The notes: generated by a model from the sequence alone, not told the origin. A stretch of 64,000 nt of DNA from Octopus vulgaris (GCA_951406725.2 OX597818.1:121954001-122018000); one strand, 5' to 3'. Shown: positions 12,790 to 28,160, numbered from the stretch's first letter. Program-made: numbers and translations.

Positions 12790-13240
12790 GAGTGAGAGAG
12801 CAGTGCATGCCATCAAAGTGACACTGAGGTAAAATATACGAAACCCAGTATACCCATCATAACTACCCGTCTGATAAGGATACACCATGCACATGCATCA
12901 CAACTATATGTACGCGACATAGTGATCACATATCAAGATAAACAATACAGTAGCGAAATATCTTCACGTAATATAACACAGACATTAAAATTGATAGGTT
13001 TTTTTTCTAAACACGTGGGCATTGTCAGCACAATCTTTTGGATTTCTCTGAGACATGGTTCTCCTGGGATATTATCTAGATGTTTTTAACATTCCTTTCT
13101 TATCATACTTAGGGCACCCACAATAACAGGAGTATTTCTTGCTTTAAGATGCCACATCATTTGTACTTCAATTTCCAGGTCATTATATATACTTAATTTG
13201 TCAAGTTCATTTACAGGTATATTTTTATCAGTGGGAACAG
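12730..13240 (-). mobile_element. 3' end of R4/Dong-type LINE (RLE domain remnant + 3' UTR + (AAT)n tail)
   Basis: Minus strand VPTDKNIPVNELDKLSIYNDLEIEVQMMWHLKARNTPVIVGALSMIRK..HLDNIPGEPCLREIQKIVL (K..KY..L..E....W.....PVIVGALG pattern). The UTR ends ctctctcactc(AAT)n. Confidence 0.8.
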
Positions 13241-13562
13241 AGTGCTGGGAAACGCAATTCTCTCTTCCAGCCTGCACGGTTTCTCGCGAGATCCTCAAAA
13301 GTTTCTTCCCTTATACAGAAACTCACACATGGCTACGTTACGAGATGTCGTAAGAATTTAGAAACGTGGAGAGATTATGAAATAATTCTTTTTTTGGAGC
13401 GGTTAAGATCACAGAAGGAAAGCTATAAATAATAAAATAATATAAATAGTAATGCATAAAAAATTTAGTGAAAAACATTTTGAAGAAAAACAGTTAAAGG
13501 CTTTTCCACTCTCTTATTTATAACTTTTCTGCTTCACTTTAAATCGTTCCAAACAAAAACTT

Positions 13563-13670
<108 letters not shown>

Positions 13671-14109
13671 CAATATATTGGGACTTCTGAATCACACTGT
13701 GAGTCTGTGCTCGTGTGTATTTGTATGTGTTTTTGTGCTTGTGTATTACAGTATTACAGATAAACGTATGTTTCAAAGTATACGTCAAAATAAATCTTAA
13801 GACAAGCTGTTTTCACACTGAGACTACTTAAGATATCCAAAGTTAAATTAATTAGAGCTATGGCCACAACGTCTATGCCAATTAAATAGAAAAGAATGGA
13901 AGAATCTCACGACAATGTGTGCATGTATGTATGTTTATTGGTGTATTACTTGGAGGACACTAGGATTATTGATGTCTTTTTTAGACACTGTATTGGGTTT
14001 TTTGTTTCCTATAGAGCCAGAGGTCACAGACATCGGAATCGAACTTATATCATTATTGATGAATGGCTTCGGTATCAAAACCTTGTGGTACTTGGAACAT
14101 GAGTAGCTA

Positions 14110-14142
<33 letters not shown>

Positions 14143-14291
14143 TGTATGTATGTATGTATGTATGTATGTATGTATGTATGTATGTATGTACGTACGTATG
14201 TATTTATGTATGTATGTATGCATTTATGTGTATGTGTGTGTGTATGAATCTAAGTATATGTAATGTACGGGTGTATACACATAATCTTATA

Positions 14292-14322
<31 letters not shown>

Positions 14323-14369
14323 CATACAAACATACAAACATACAAACAGACATACACAGACACACACAG

Positions 14370-14426
<57 letters not shown>

Positions 14427-14527
14427 CATAAATACATACACACACGCGTGCGTATGTACTACAAAGTCGTATATAAATGCGTCTGTTTGCCTCTCTCTCT
14501 TTCTCCCTCTATCTATCTATATATTTA

Positions 14528-14558
<31 letters not shown>

Positions 14559-14941
14559 GTGTGTGTTTATATATATATATAACACTTACGCACACACATA
14601 CACACTATACACGCATACATATATTCGTGTTTAAAATAATAAATTCTGCTGTCTCAACGGCATTGTGAACTTCTCTTGATCTTTGTAAAATACTGTATTA
14701 AAAGGTAATAAAAGTTAATATACTTCAAACATGTCTCAAGTGTTAGAGTCACACAACAGGAAGTCTAACAACGTTCTACCGAATCACTAGAAATGTAAAC
14801 GTTCTTTCTTTTCTATTTTTTTTTTTTTTTTGTTGTAGTTAAGAAATAGAAAGAATGCCAGATAGAAGTATGAAAAGAAGAAAAAAATAGAAAGAGAGAG
14901 AGCAACAGCAGGTGCAGAAAGAAGATACACTGATATGTATG

Positions 14942-15043
<102 letters not shown>

Positions 15044-15539
15044 CACACACACATGAAGAGAGTAAGAGTGATGGTGAGAGGGAGAAGGGGGAAGATACAG
15101 AATGGCAACGTGAACTAACGAGGGAAAGAAGGAAAGAAAATTTGAAATAGAAATAAACAATGTGCTCAGTAGTTCGTATCCTATGACCTGCAGTGAATTG
15201 TTTTCGTGGCTATCAGACTTCATTCAAATTCCTGCGTTCTTCCGTATCTACGAACATATCTGCATACACATCGTTCTACTTGACTTTCTATCTACCAACT
15301 CACCTAAGCTTTTGCTAATAATTATTACTGTAGACAGTGCTGCAATGCAATGCGGATGTTTGTATCTCGTCAGTAGATGAAGCGAGAATTCTTGAACGTC
15401 ATTGAATTCACCTTGTGCTTTAGCAGTGTCCATGTCCCATTATTGTTGAAACAAGGGTGAGCGTGGTAGTGGTGGTGGGATGGAGTAGGAAAATGCCATC
15501 ATCATCATCATCATCATCATCATCACCACCACCACCACC

Positions 15540-15571
<32 letters not shown>

Positions 15572-15994
15572 TATCCTAGAGACTTGACCCTAATGCTTGC
15601 AACAGAGTCCGCCCCAAAGCATATCATAGGGCGGCGAAGTGGTGGTGTTAAACTGTGTGATGGACTATGCGTACCCGCAAGTATGACATGCCTTGATTTT
15701 TAACTCAGAATGCAAAGGTCCAGAAAAAACCCCCAAAAAAACTCAAAACAACCTGGACACTGCTCTAAAGACTCTGGCAGTCAACCACCTTAAACTGAGA
15801 CATTATTTATCAACCCCTGTAGAATGAACGAATTTGACCTTAGTGGTATTTGAACTCAAAGACGAAAGAGCTGGAAATTATTTCGTCCGATCCTCTAATG
15901 GCTCAGCCATTTTGCATTCTTTTAAGCTCATTGGTGGTTGAAGCCATCGAATATATTTTGAGGGTTTGATTCATGAACAGTGTTTGCAATCTTT

Positions 15995-16218
15995 TATGTT
16001 TTACTTGTTCCAGCCATTATACGGCATCCATGCTGGGGCATCGCCTCGAAGAAGTTTTAGCCGAATGAATCAACCCCACTACTTTTTTTAAAGCCTAATA
16101 CTTATTCGATCAGTCTCCTTTGCCGAACCGCTAAGTTACAGGGGCGAAACACCACAATACTGGTTGTCAGTCGGTGGTAGGAGACATCTTCAGACAAACA
16201 CACACACACACACGCACA

Positions 16219-16260
<42 letters not shown>

Positions 16261-16410
16261 TACGACGTTCTTTTTTCACTTTCCGTGTACCAAATCCACT
16301 CACAATGCTTTGGTCCGCTCGAGCGATAGTTGAAGACTTTGCCCATGGTACCACGCCGTAAGACTGAACCCGGAACTGTGTGACTGGGAATCAAACTTAT
16401 TACCACAGTG
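15995..16410 (-). mobile_element. SINE family B, diverged copy
   Basis: Colinear with 29348-29760 (ttttacttgtt..catgctggggca..gccgaaccgctaagttac..caaatccactcac..gactgaacccggaac). Confidence 0.85.
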
Positions 16411-17125
16411 ACTCGCCAACACCTATGCTTAGGACTAAACCATTTATAAGTGTGGAAGTACTTCAGTCATGTGTGGTGTAGTTAGGGATATTTTGTTGTT
16501 GTTCCTTGACTCAATGTCAGCTCCTGATTGAGCAGATCCATGACCCTAAACATTCGAAGAAGTGACTAACCAGTCTTGTACCCACATCCACTTTATCAAA
16601 CTTGTCCTTTCCTTTTTCTCAAGACGGCAGAATGTGATTAGAGAAGCACTTGGCTGCTATCTTCATTATACCACGTGATAATATAGAGATTACCTTGTTG
16701 AGTTTTAGTGACGGTGGTGATGACGTAACGGGTACAGGACATCAGTAGTACAGGCTTCATGTGAACAGGTTTCAATGGTGGTGAGAATGAAAACTAAATC
16801 AAAGCTAAGCATGATGCAGCTATAGTTTAAATCTTGGTCACCCATCATTAGGACAGGTTTCCGCATCTGGTTTCATAGGACTCGCAAGTAAGAAGATCTC
16901 GTGCTTAAAGGGGAACAACTACACACGACTTATTAGTTGGTGAGAAGCACTTATTTCAAATTTAAGCTTCGTTTTATGTGTCGATTCAATTGCTACTCGA
17001 TATCAAATGGGCGTGTAAGTCCGTATGTATGTCTGTGTGTGTTTGTATGTGTGCCTGTGGATATATGAGTGTAAGGTGATTGTCAAAAGCATTTGTACAA
17101 TTATCTATATTAATACCTGTGCGTG

Positions 17126-17157
<32 letters not shown>

Positions 17158-17272
17158 TGTATGTACATATATATATATATATAATGTATATATATATAAT
17201 GTATATAATGTATATATATATATAAATATATCATATCTCTCTCTCTAGAGAGAGAGAGAGAGAGATCTGATA

Positions 17273-17314
<42 letters not shown>

Positions 17315-17667
17315 CATATATAAATACATCTATATATATGGAATTGTATACACATACATATGCATATATACATACATATATATATATGTGTGTGTATTTA
17401 TGTATATATATATAATACATACATAAATATAAGTACGTATGTGTGCTTGTATGTCATTTTATACATACACATACACACACTCACACACACATATCTATGG
17501 ATGTACGTGTATGTATATATGAGTATGTTTTTCGAAAATACGTACACACACAGATATATATACATGCAATATGAGAGAAATCAATATTTTCTTTTATCTC
17601 AAAAGCATTTTAACACTTCTAATCTACGAGTTAAGAAAAATGTAAAAAAAATGTTTATGTCTATATA

Positions 17668-17730
<63 letters not shown>

Positions 17731-18546
17731 TTAGATATTCCTTCACACACATGCGCATACACACACATATATATATATATATAAGTATATGTATATATAT
17801 GTATGTATATATATGTGTGTCTGTGTATATGTATATATATATACATACAAACACATACCAACATCCATAAATACGCACACACATATATACACATACACAC
17901 ATACATACATACACATACAACATATATGTGTTATTACGTAGTCATGATGACAATTTCACGTACTATTGCAGTCTAACATCTGACAAGAATTCTGCTGGTG
18001 TGTGTTTCTAGAATCGCCCGTTTACTTGTGAACGTACATAAATCTGTCTCGAAAATTTAATTATTGGGATCAATTGTGATTGTTTATGCTTTCTTTAGGT
18101 TGTTTTGTGCGTTTTCTTTTTTTTTATTTCCCTTTTTAGAACTCACTCAGTTAGCCGATGACTGATACCACCAATTCACGAGTTCTATAATACTTCGACT
18201 TAATGTACTTAATGAATCGAAAACCTGTCTTTTAAAGAGAGAAATCGAATTTCCACTGATTTAGCCAACGGCCAATCGCTGGGAAGCGACTCATTGTTGA
18301 AAGAGACGCTAAAATCAGAAATGACGTAAATCAAGATTGATCGCTTTTATGTGTCGTTCCTATGCCGAGTTTAGCTGAGACGTGCGGTAGAGCAGCAGTA
18401 GTATGAGGAAGAAAGAGAGAGAAAAGGAGAGAGGGGGAGGAAGAGAGAGTGGTGAATAGAGAAGGCGAGTAAGAGAGATAGAAGGAGATGGAGAAGGAGA
18501 GAAAACGTTTAAGGAAGTGAGACATGATAGAGAAAGGAAAAGTAAC

Positions 18547-18609
<63 letters not shown>

Positions 18610-19383
18610 TATATGGAACGAGTGAAAGAGAGAGAGAGAGAGAGAGAGAGGTTGACAGACAGAGAGATTGAAAATACACACATGCACGCATACGCACTCA
18701 CACGTGCACATTCACATGCACATATGTATGTAGATGTGTTTTACAACTTTCCAGTCGAGGCAAGTGTTAGGAGCGAACACAAAGCGTTTATCACTTCCAA
18801 ACTAGTATATAATTATTGATGTTATCAGGATCATAGATGGCATTAGTGATGATATTATGTAAAATGTATGACTATTGCAGATGAATAACATAAATACATT
18901 ACTACTATATAAACATAGTTTTGCTTCTGTTTCGTTTTTATTTATTTCATCCCTGAAATCAATGAGCAAAACACAAGGGGATGCACGTGTAAATGGACAG
19001 CTGTCGGTATTGACATGCGTATTTGGTTGTTCTACTGCTTAAACTATTATTGAATTAACCTGTATGTGGACGTGTGTTTCACAGATACGTTAACCCTTCC
19101 TGAACATAACGTAATTCTCAAATAAAAATCAGCGTGACATAATGTATGACGAAACTGGATCTTTGCATTATATCTACAAATCATCCGACGGTCTTCTGTA
19201 GCTTTTGAATATTTAATTTCAGTTACAAGGTTCATATTAACCGGAAACTACGGTAAAAGTCATTTGTCCAAAATGCTACTCAGCGAAATAGGATCTAGAT
19301 TATCGTGATTGCGAATCGAACTTCTCAAATATTCAACGTGCTGTGTCCATAGATGCACATGTAGATACATACTTTCATAAATA

Positions 19384-19443
<60 letters not shown>

Positions 19444-19464
19444 TACACACATCTTTTATCGTAT

Positions 19465-19731
19465 ATTTTTTTAATTGTTTCAGTCGTTAAACTGCCGCCA
19501 TGTTGGGGCACCGCCTTGAATAATTTTAGTTGAACTTATCAAGTCCAGTACTTATTATTCTCTTGTAAAGCCTGGTATTTATCCTAACGGCGTATTTTGC
19601 CGAGCCGCTAAGTTACGGTGACGGAAACATACCAACACCGGTTGTCAAGCGGTAGTGGAGGACAGACACCAACGTAAAGACTCTACCTGTCTGTCTCTAT
19701 CTCTTTCTTTGTCTCTCTGTCTCTATATGCC

Positions 19732-19764
<33 letters not shown>

Positions 19765-19952
19765 GTCTCTCTCTCTCTCACACACACACATGTATATACG
19801 ACAGGCTTCTTTCAACTTACCCTCTACCAAATCCACTCACAAGGCTTTGCTCAGGCCGAGGCTATAGTAGAAGGCACTTGCCGAAAGTTGCCCCACACAG
19901 TGGGACTGAACCCGGGACCATGTAACTGGAAATTAAACCTTTTACCACACAG
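19465..19952 (-). mobile_element. SINE family B, diverged copy
   Basis: Same colinear blocks; the internal microsatellite is (TCTG/TC)n here. Confidence 0.85.
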
Positions 19953-20385
19953 CTTTGTTTGTTTGTCTGTTTGTTTGTTTGTATGTGTGTGTATGTGTGT
20001 GTGTGTGTGTATGTGTGTGTGTGTGTGTGTGTGTACAACGACCGACTGTAATTGTCGTAGCATTATCGTGAGAAACGACAGAGTTGCAGAGACAGTAGAA
20101 CTTCGGGAAAACGGCTGAGCATTACGCAGATGCTCCTCTTTACATTTTAAGTTCGAATATTGCCACAACTCGATTTAGGCGCTCTATCTCAGTAGTATAC
20201 TGGACGTATCTATTTGACTTTATGCGTTCCGAACTGAACTGTGATCTTGAGGCAATGCAAATATATCATTATTTTAGATTTCCCTCCACCACCACGTAAC
20301 ATAAGCGATTGGACCCATAGTTAAAGATCCCCATAAAAGAATGGGAACGCTCTGTAAATTGACCACACGTTTAACTCTTCAAAGC

Positions 20386-20485
20386 NNNNNNNNNNNNNNN
20401 NNNNNNNNNNNNNNNNNNNNNNNNNNNNNNNNNNNNNNNNNNNNNNNNNNNNNNNNNNNNNNNNNNNNNNNNNNNNNNNNNNNNN
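20386..20485. other. Assembly gap (100 N)
   Basis: Exactly 100 N, a typical placeholder for a gap of unknown size. Confidence 0.98.
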
Positions 20486-20947
20486 AAAGCTAATAAATTA
20501 ATTTCACTTTCTGTGTGTCTAGTATCTCTGTCTCGCCATCTCTCGCTGCTATTCATTTCCATCTAGACATTAAAACATGATCACGCTTTTACAAATAGTT
20601 ATATATAAATATAATTCAACTCGAAACAAACGCATAATGGATAGGGAATAAATGTATCAATAAAAAAAAAATCAAAATGTTACGACGCAATTGTATTAAA
20701 AATTTCATTTGATTACGAAAACTTACTTAAATATTTAAGAAGTATTATATAAATCTTAACCAAACTCTGCATAGTGTAAATAATTGCTGACATTTGAAAA
20801 TACTACTCTTTTACTTTAAGAAAACAACAAAATGAAAAGTTTTAGACGAGCTCTAACAACTGTTAACGTCTGCAGAATATTACACACAGACGTGCGCGCA
20901 CACACGCACACATGTGTGTAAGTGTGTGTACATAAGTATATATATAT

Positions 20948-21165
20948 AATGAGAATTTACAAAGAACAAAAAGACGAAGACGGGTGTGTAAACAACAAAC
21001 AGATGTATTAGTTTAACGCTTGGGAAGTGAGGAAGTCTTTTACGTTTCGAGCCTACGCTCTTCGACAGAAAGGAACACAGAAATAAACAGGGAGAGAAAA
21101 TTAAAAAAAAAGGTTTAGTGGCCTAGCGATCTATCATGGCGAATGCCGGACAGAGGGGTTACACA
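20948..21165 (-). mobile_element. Short PLE-like repeat with variant hammerhead (21037-21072), ending at (TA)n
   Basis: Minus strand cttt-CTGTCGA-A-GAGC-GTAG-GCTC-GAA-ACGT-A-aaag. Related copies at 25800-26010, 23383-23480 and 31101-31155. Confidence 0.65.
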
Positions 21166-22123
21166 TATTTATCTACCTATCTAGATATCTATTTATCCAT
21201 ATATCTATCTGTCTGCGTCTCTATATCTGTGCGTGTGTACGCGTGTGTTTCATTATTTCAGTTTGCTCTACAAGTGAATATTCTTCATGCACAAAAACAA
21301 AACAGCATCTGTCTATTGCTTTACTAGACTTTCGTAGACTTTGAGTGGTTTATGCTTAGCTGAGGATGTTCAATAATATATCCGGCGCTATAACCATAAT
21401 TCTCAAACTCACTCTTCTTTCTAAAGAGAGGGATAGGAAGATAGATAGATAAATAGATAGATAGATAACTCTATAGAGGGAGAGGGAGAGAGAGAGAAAG
21501 AGAGAGAAAAGAGAGATAAGAGGAGCAGATTTAGAACATATTCTCAGTGAATTACATTCTGTGTACATGGTTTTAATATTGCTCGCAATGAAATAATCTT
21601 GCTTTTGAAAGTTGTTTCGTAGAAAACAAAAGACCACCAAATGCACACTGACAAACAGAAAGACAAACTAAAAGTTTTGTTATTTTAATTATGGTTCGTC
21701 TTATTGTCTGCTTCTCTGATTGTGTTCTCCACAATACTGTTGCTGTAAGTTAGTTTTGGTAGCCTTGGTATTGAAGAGGGTGAAGTTTGATTGAAAAGGT
21801 GAGAGACAAATAGATAAACACTGAGCAAAAACGAAAGAAAACAAACCAACAAAAAAAAGGGACATAATAAAGGTAAGAAAGAACAGTGAAATATTTTATA
21901 AATATAGCCGGCATTTCCATCGGAAATCATCGTCTGATGTCATTTGTTATATCAGGCATATTTAGTTTTTTTCAAAATGGCTGTCTACTCCAAAACAATG
22001 AATCCTTCCTGTTTGTAGTAGCAATGCAAACGTAAACAAGTAAAACAATTGCTTCAGCCTCATATATATATATATATTTGTGTGTAAGTATGTATGCATG
22101 TATTTGCGTATATATGCATATAT

Positions 22124-22452
22124 GCATGGCTCAGTGGTTAGAGCGTCGAGCTTACGATCGTGAGGTTGTGAGCTCGAATCCCGGACCGGGCTGCGTGTTG
22201 TGTTCTTGAGCAAGACACTTTATTTCACGTTGCTCCAGTTCACTCAGCTGTAGAAATGAGTTGCGACGTCACGAGTGCCAAGCTGTATCGGCCTTTGCCT
22301 TTCCCTTGGATAACACTGGTGGCGTGGAGAGGGGAGGCCGGTATGCATGGGCGACTGCTGGTCCTTCCATAAACAACCATGCCCAGACTTGTGACTAGGA
22401 GGGTAACTTTCTAGGTGCAATCCCATGGTCAGTGTCGTGACCGAAGGGGGTC
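22124..22452 (+). mobile_element. SINE family C (tRNA head, V-domain-like centre), full length
   Basis: A-box TGGCTCAGTGG, B-box-like GAGCTCGAATCCC, then tgtgttcttgagcaagacactttatttcacgttgctccag. Other copies at 47580-47900, 8236-8428 and 26062-26175. Confidence 0.88.
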
Positions 22453-22453
22453 C

Positions 22454-22553
<100 letters not shown>

Positions 22554-22574
22554 CATACATATATATATATAGTT

Positions 22575-22955
22575 CTTTACTCTTATTCTTTTACTTGCTT
22601 CAGTCATTTGAATGCGGCCATGTTGGAGCACAGCGTTTTTAGTTGAATCAGTTGACCCCAGGCCATATTCTTTGTAAGCTTGGTATTTATTCTATCGGTT
22701 TCTTTTGCCGAACCTTTAAGTTACGGGCACATAAACATTCCACAACGTCGATTGTGAAACGACGGTGAGGGGACAAACACAGACACAAAGTCACATAAAC
22801 ACACACACATACACACACGCACACACACACACACTCACACACACACGCAGACATATGTATATATGACGGGTTCTTTTAAGTTTCCGTCTACCAAATCCAC
22901 TCACAAGGCTTGGTCGGCCCGAGGCTATAGTAGGAGACACTTACCACACAGCCAC
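22575..22955 (-). mobile_element. SINE family B, internally deleted
   Basis: Colinear with family B; the segment between gacactt and accacacagcc is missing. Confidence 0.85.
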
Positions 22956-22969
22956 GTCTATATATAAAG

Positions 22970-23020
<51 letters not shown>

Positions 23021-23710
23021 CGTGTGTATCACCCCACCATGGCTGTAGTTTAATGACTGAAACGAGTAAAATAGTAAAAAAAGATATACACATGCAATAC
23101 ACTCGCATATATTGGGCACAATACACACACACATTTATTTTAGCATAGCTATGAAAATATGAATATGTATGTGTATGTCTGTCAGTGTGCTTTGTAGTTC
23201 CAGATATATAGATTAGCTAAAACGTTGTCTTTCTAATCACGAGGACGCGATTTCTTTCCCTCTAATTAGACGCTTATCGTGGCTATGTGTCTTCGACGTT
23301 GGGTTTATCCAGCATTTATGAGTGAAATTGTTTGTGTTTGTGTGGAATCCAGTTGAGACTATGTATCTATTAGTCTATTAATCGACAGAAAGGAACACAG
23401 AAACAAACAGGGAGAGGAAAGAGAAAAAAGGTTTAGTGGCTAGCGATTTATCATGGCGAATGCCGGACAGAGGAGTCACACAAATTTATCTACCTATCTA
23501 AATATCTATTAATCCATATATCTATCTGTCCGTATCTCTACCTATATCTGTGCGTGTGTACGTGTGCATGTTATTATTTCACTTTCGTGCCAAAATCTAA
23601 TATACTCACAATCGAAATCGACGGAGGATCTCGGAACAGACGAGAGAAATATATTCTTTCGCGTTTTAATTAGTTGTTCTTTCAAGATAAGATCATGTTG
23701 AAGTTCCACT

Positions 23711-23907
23711 TTGACCCTTTTGATACCAACCCACTTGAAACCGCCTCTGGCTCTGTAGTACAAACGTCTTGTTTTCATAGGTTCTGAATTAAAATCTTCC
23801 ACTAAACCTTAGACTTAATGATAACTAAGTTATTTTATTAAATTATATTTAAAATGAATTGAAAGAAACAGAGCATCTCAACAAAAATATGGTAACGAAA
23901 GGGTTAA
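23711..23907. mobile_element. piggyBac-type MITE
   Basis: TTGA-CCCTTTTGATACCA ... TGGTAACGAAAGGG-TTAA: ~14-bp imperfect TIRs with TTAA-like target sites. Confidence 0.75.
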
Positions 23908-23959
23908 ACACCTCAAATATGTGTATTTATATTCAATCCAATACATGTATATATATATT

Positions 23960-24075
<116 letters not shown>

Positions 24076-25223
24076 TGGGCAGGTGCACCATCTTGTCACT
24101 TGGATCTCCTCGACCGTGTTCTGAAGTGAGTCTCTAATTTGATTAGTCCCTTTTTTGCTTAAACTCTACAACTCTTGTCACATCGACTTAACGTCGCCAG
24201 ACTTAGTCCTTCCTATCGTCATTGCCACTGTAAGTGCTCAGATGAACTTTCTCTCTTTAGATCCAGATGACTTTGTGTCATCTCACTTGACTTGAAACTC
24301 GTAGAGTCTTCATCCAAATTCTATTGTACTTCCACGAATAAGGAAGTCTTTTTATGGTCGAAGCTTTTTTTTCTCCAACTGCCAGACTGGGGAACCCTTC
24401 CTATCTCATTGTTTTGCCCATTAATATGACCTGAACACTTTCAAGTAAATTCATTCTTTTCGCCTTAATTTCTCCTTCATACTCCCTTACGCTAAATGGT
24501 TTCTCTCCTTGTTTGGAACTTTAGCAGAAAAACAAAACGTTATATTTGCATACTTATATCTAAAGATGGAGAGCTGGCAGAATGCGTTATTTCGTCCGTC
24601 TCTACGTTCTGAGTTCATATGCTGCCTAGGTAGACTCTGCCGTCCATACATTCAGAGATCAATAAAATAAATACCAGTCAAACATTGGCCCTGATGTAAT
24701 TGACTAAACCTTTCACATAAAAATTGCCGGTCTTTTAGCTCAAAATCAGAAAGAAATATTCAAGTAGTCCATAAAACGAAAATCTACCCATCGCTTGTCA
24801 TTATTAGTCCTATGGCATGTCAGCGATTCCCAGTTACCTTCAAGAAGAGACTCGAGTAAAATCTCTATACGAATTTGATACAATAGTTACCAAAATGGAA
24901 ATGCACTTCAATTCTTGGTTTTAATAGGTAGTTTAATGTTTTCGCACGTGAAGCCATCACACTATTTAAATACACTTTATATCATGAAAGTTAACTATAA
25001 AAAACACATATTATGTTTTATGAAACTTTAAATGATTTTCACACACACACACACACACACACACGCTATATATATGAATAAGCATATATAATACACAAAC
25101 ACACATACACACACACACATATACGGTGTGTGATGTTTTTATATTCTCACGATATAATAGGTGTATACAGGTGAAAATATATGTATATCTTCATATACAC
25201 ACCCTACATATGTGTGAATATAC

Positions 25224-25312
<89 letters not shown>

Positions 25313-25597
25313 TGTATGTATATGGGCGTACGTAAATACAAGAACTGCTACATTAAATTTTCCTTTATTTCTTGAGGTGTCAAAATTTTCGTTGCACTTT
25401 TTCCACCTGGTCACCGATACAACTTAACAGCAACGTAATATCTGATACCTCATAAAATAAACGAACAGTTGATATAAAAGTTCTTGTGTGTTCTTAAATG
25501 ATTAAAATGGTGGCTCTTCTGCGATATAATTGCTTCCTACAAATACATTTACACAAACACACACACTCACACACATGTAGATATATATGTATGTATG

Positions 25598-25640
<43 letters not shown>

Positions 25641-25765
25641 TCGTGCTATCATTATTGTTTTTACGTATTTTTGTATTTTTATTCGTGTAACATCGTCCCT
25701 TTTTCCGTCCTTGTTTTGTATACATTCGAGGCTTTCTTCCAAGGAATCTAATGCGCTTGGATTAG

Positions 25766-25799
<34 letters not shown>

Positions 25800-25803
<4 letters not shown>

Positions 25804-26010
25804 GGGAAGGTTTACGAAAATAAACAAAAGACGAAGACAGGTGGAGTACAAACAAACAAATGTATTAGTATGGTTCTCAGGAATAGAAATAGAACAAGTC
25901 TTTTACGTTTCGAGCCTACGCTCTTCGACAGAAAGATACACAGAAAAGAAACAAAGAGAGAAACAAGGAGAGAAAAAAATGCGTGTAGGAGCTAACGGTC
26001 TATCATGGCG
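25800..26010 (-). mobile_element. Short PLE-like repeat with variant hammerhead (25899-25936), ending at (TA)n
   Basis: Motif CTGTCGAAGAGCGTAGGCTCGAAACGTA is identical to the 21-kb copy; stem I tcttt/aaaga (5 bp). Confidence 0.65.
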
Positions 26011-26324
26011 TTTACATATATATTCTTACACGTACTCACACACACACATGTATATGTACTTGGATGCATGGTCTAGTGGTTAGGGTGTTACACTTACGAT
26101 CGCGAGATCGTGCGTTCTATTCCTAAACCTGGCAGTGTGTTGTGTTTTTGAGCAACACATTTCATTTGTCGTTGCTTTGCGATTGCATCGACATTTAACG
26201 TGTGGTTAACTGTACACCTGTTCAGGTAACATCGGTTTGATGGAGGGAGTGAGCTAATATACAGCGACTCATTTGTGTAGATTCTGAGCAAAAACTGAAC
26301 AGAACTTTCGGGCGTAGTCCTCGG

Positions 26325-26672
26325 CAGAAGTTCCCAACCACATGGTCCTGGGTTCATTCTCACCGTATGGCACCTTGGGCATGTGGTTTTTGCTATAGCC
26401 TCGGCTGACCAAAGCCTTGTGATTGGATTTGGTAGCCCGTCGTATATATATATATATGTATCTGTGTGTGTCTTTGTATCTGTATTTGGTCCCCCACCCC
26501 ACCGCTTGACAGGCGGTCTTGGTGTTTTTATCTCCACGTAACTTAGTGGCTCGGCCCAAGAGACCGATAGAATAAATACCAAGCATTTTAAAAAGAAAGT
26601 TCTGGGGTCGATTTGTTTAAGTAAAAACCCTTGAAGTCGTTGTCCCAGCACTGCCTCAGTCTGATGATTGAA
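26325..26672 (+). mobile_element. SINE family B, diverged
   Basis: ccaaccacatggtcctgggttcattctc..ggcaccttgggc..aaagccttgtga..accgatagaataaatacc..gtcgatttg. Confidence 0.8.
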
Positions 26673-26692
26673 AAGAACTAATCTACCTCTAT

Positions 26693-26872
<180 letters not shown>

Positions 26873-27485
26873 ATATTACTCTCTCTGTCTAAAGAATTCT
26901 GTTAGTCTGGAAAATGTGCAATAAAACCTAGTTTTCCGAAATACGCGGAATTCTAGGCTGAGTTTACTTAACTACCCTAAAATATTACATGCCAAACTAA
27001 TCTGCTTGAATGAAAACACCAGAGTGCTAATACTATACAACGAACAAGACACAGTTTAATCGTCTTTAACTTCCTACAATAATCGGTTAGCACATAAACA
27101 CAACACCAATTTAACTCATTATTTATGGTCAGCTAACTGCGGACACTTAAGTCTATTTTATACTCTGCCTTAAATGATAGATTATTAGAGGAAATGAGGG
27201 TTAATTTTCTGAAAATGCTTGATGCGAATGTTATAATAACAACCATTCCGTCTCTTCCTTTTTTTTATTGCTTAGCAAATAAAGAGAATATATTTCGTTA
27301 AAGAAAATATTGAGTGAACAAGGAGTCATCATGTTTTTATTACAATTACAACGCAGCGTGGCAGAGTTGTTCCAAATTCCACAGATACTTTGTTCTATTA
27401 CTAAAAAGTGTCCTATGAGTATAAAGTTCTATTACTATTATTATTACAATACATACATACATAGATACATATATATATATATATA

Positions 27486-27550
<65 letters not shown>

Positions 27551-27692
27551 TAAATAAATGGTGATATATATACATATATAGGACCATATATATATGTTCC
27601 TTTCCATACCGAAATACTACAAGGTGAAATTTATTGATTTCATTAAATTAATTATATTTCACCCTTTATCTGTATTATATATATATATATAA

Positions 27693-27787
<95 letters not shown>

Positions 27788-27789
<2 letters not shown>

Positions 27790-28158
27790 GAGGCGCAATA
27801 GCCCAGCGAACTCACGGTCGTACGATCGCGGTTTCGATTCCCAGACCAGGCGTTGTGAGTGTATGTTAAGCGAAAACATCCAAAGCTTCCCGAGGCTCCG
27901 GCAGTGGGTGCTGGCGAACCCTACTGTACTCTTTCACCACGACTTTCTCTCACTCTTTCTTCCTGTTTCTGTTGTATTTGTATTTCAAAGGGCCAGCCTT
28001 GTCACATTCTGTGTCACGCTGAATTTCCCCGCGAACTACGTTAAGGGTACAGGTGTCTATGAAGTGCTCAGCCACTTGCACGTTAATTTCACAAGCAGGC
28101 TCTTCCGTTGATCGGATCAACTGGAACCGTCATCGTCGTCGTAACCGACGGAGTGCTA

Positions 28159-28160
<2 letters not shown>
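27788..28160 (+). mobile_element. SINE family D (tRNA-derived head)
   Basis: ggaggcgcaatagcccag..gatcgcggtttcgattcccagacc (B-box-like). The body matches the reverse complement of 8430-8742; degenerate copy near 19080-19170. Confidence 0.85.

Noticed and set aside
15304-15433. Minus-strand ORF ending at a GTGAGT donor; similar donor/acceptor-like sites near 9430-9613, 18140 and 58945
   Set aside because: No recognisable protein or consistent gene model; splice-like words are frequent by chance.
18265-18330. CCAAT and TGACGTAA motifs suggesting a promoter
   Set aside because: Short motifs without a supported transcript.
22124-22190. tRNA-like sequence (also about 8675-8742 and 27788-27850)
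   Set aside because: SINE heads: A/B boxes continue into repeat bodies, with no complete cloverleaf or Pol III terminator.
24250-24500. Possible decayed RTE-type LINE C-terminus on the minus strand
   Set aside because: Only a vague FGHI-like resemblance; too degenerate to call.
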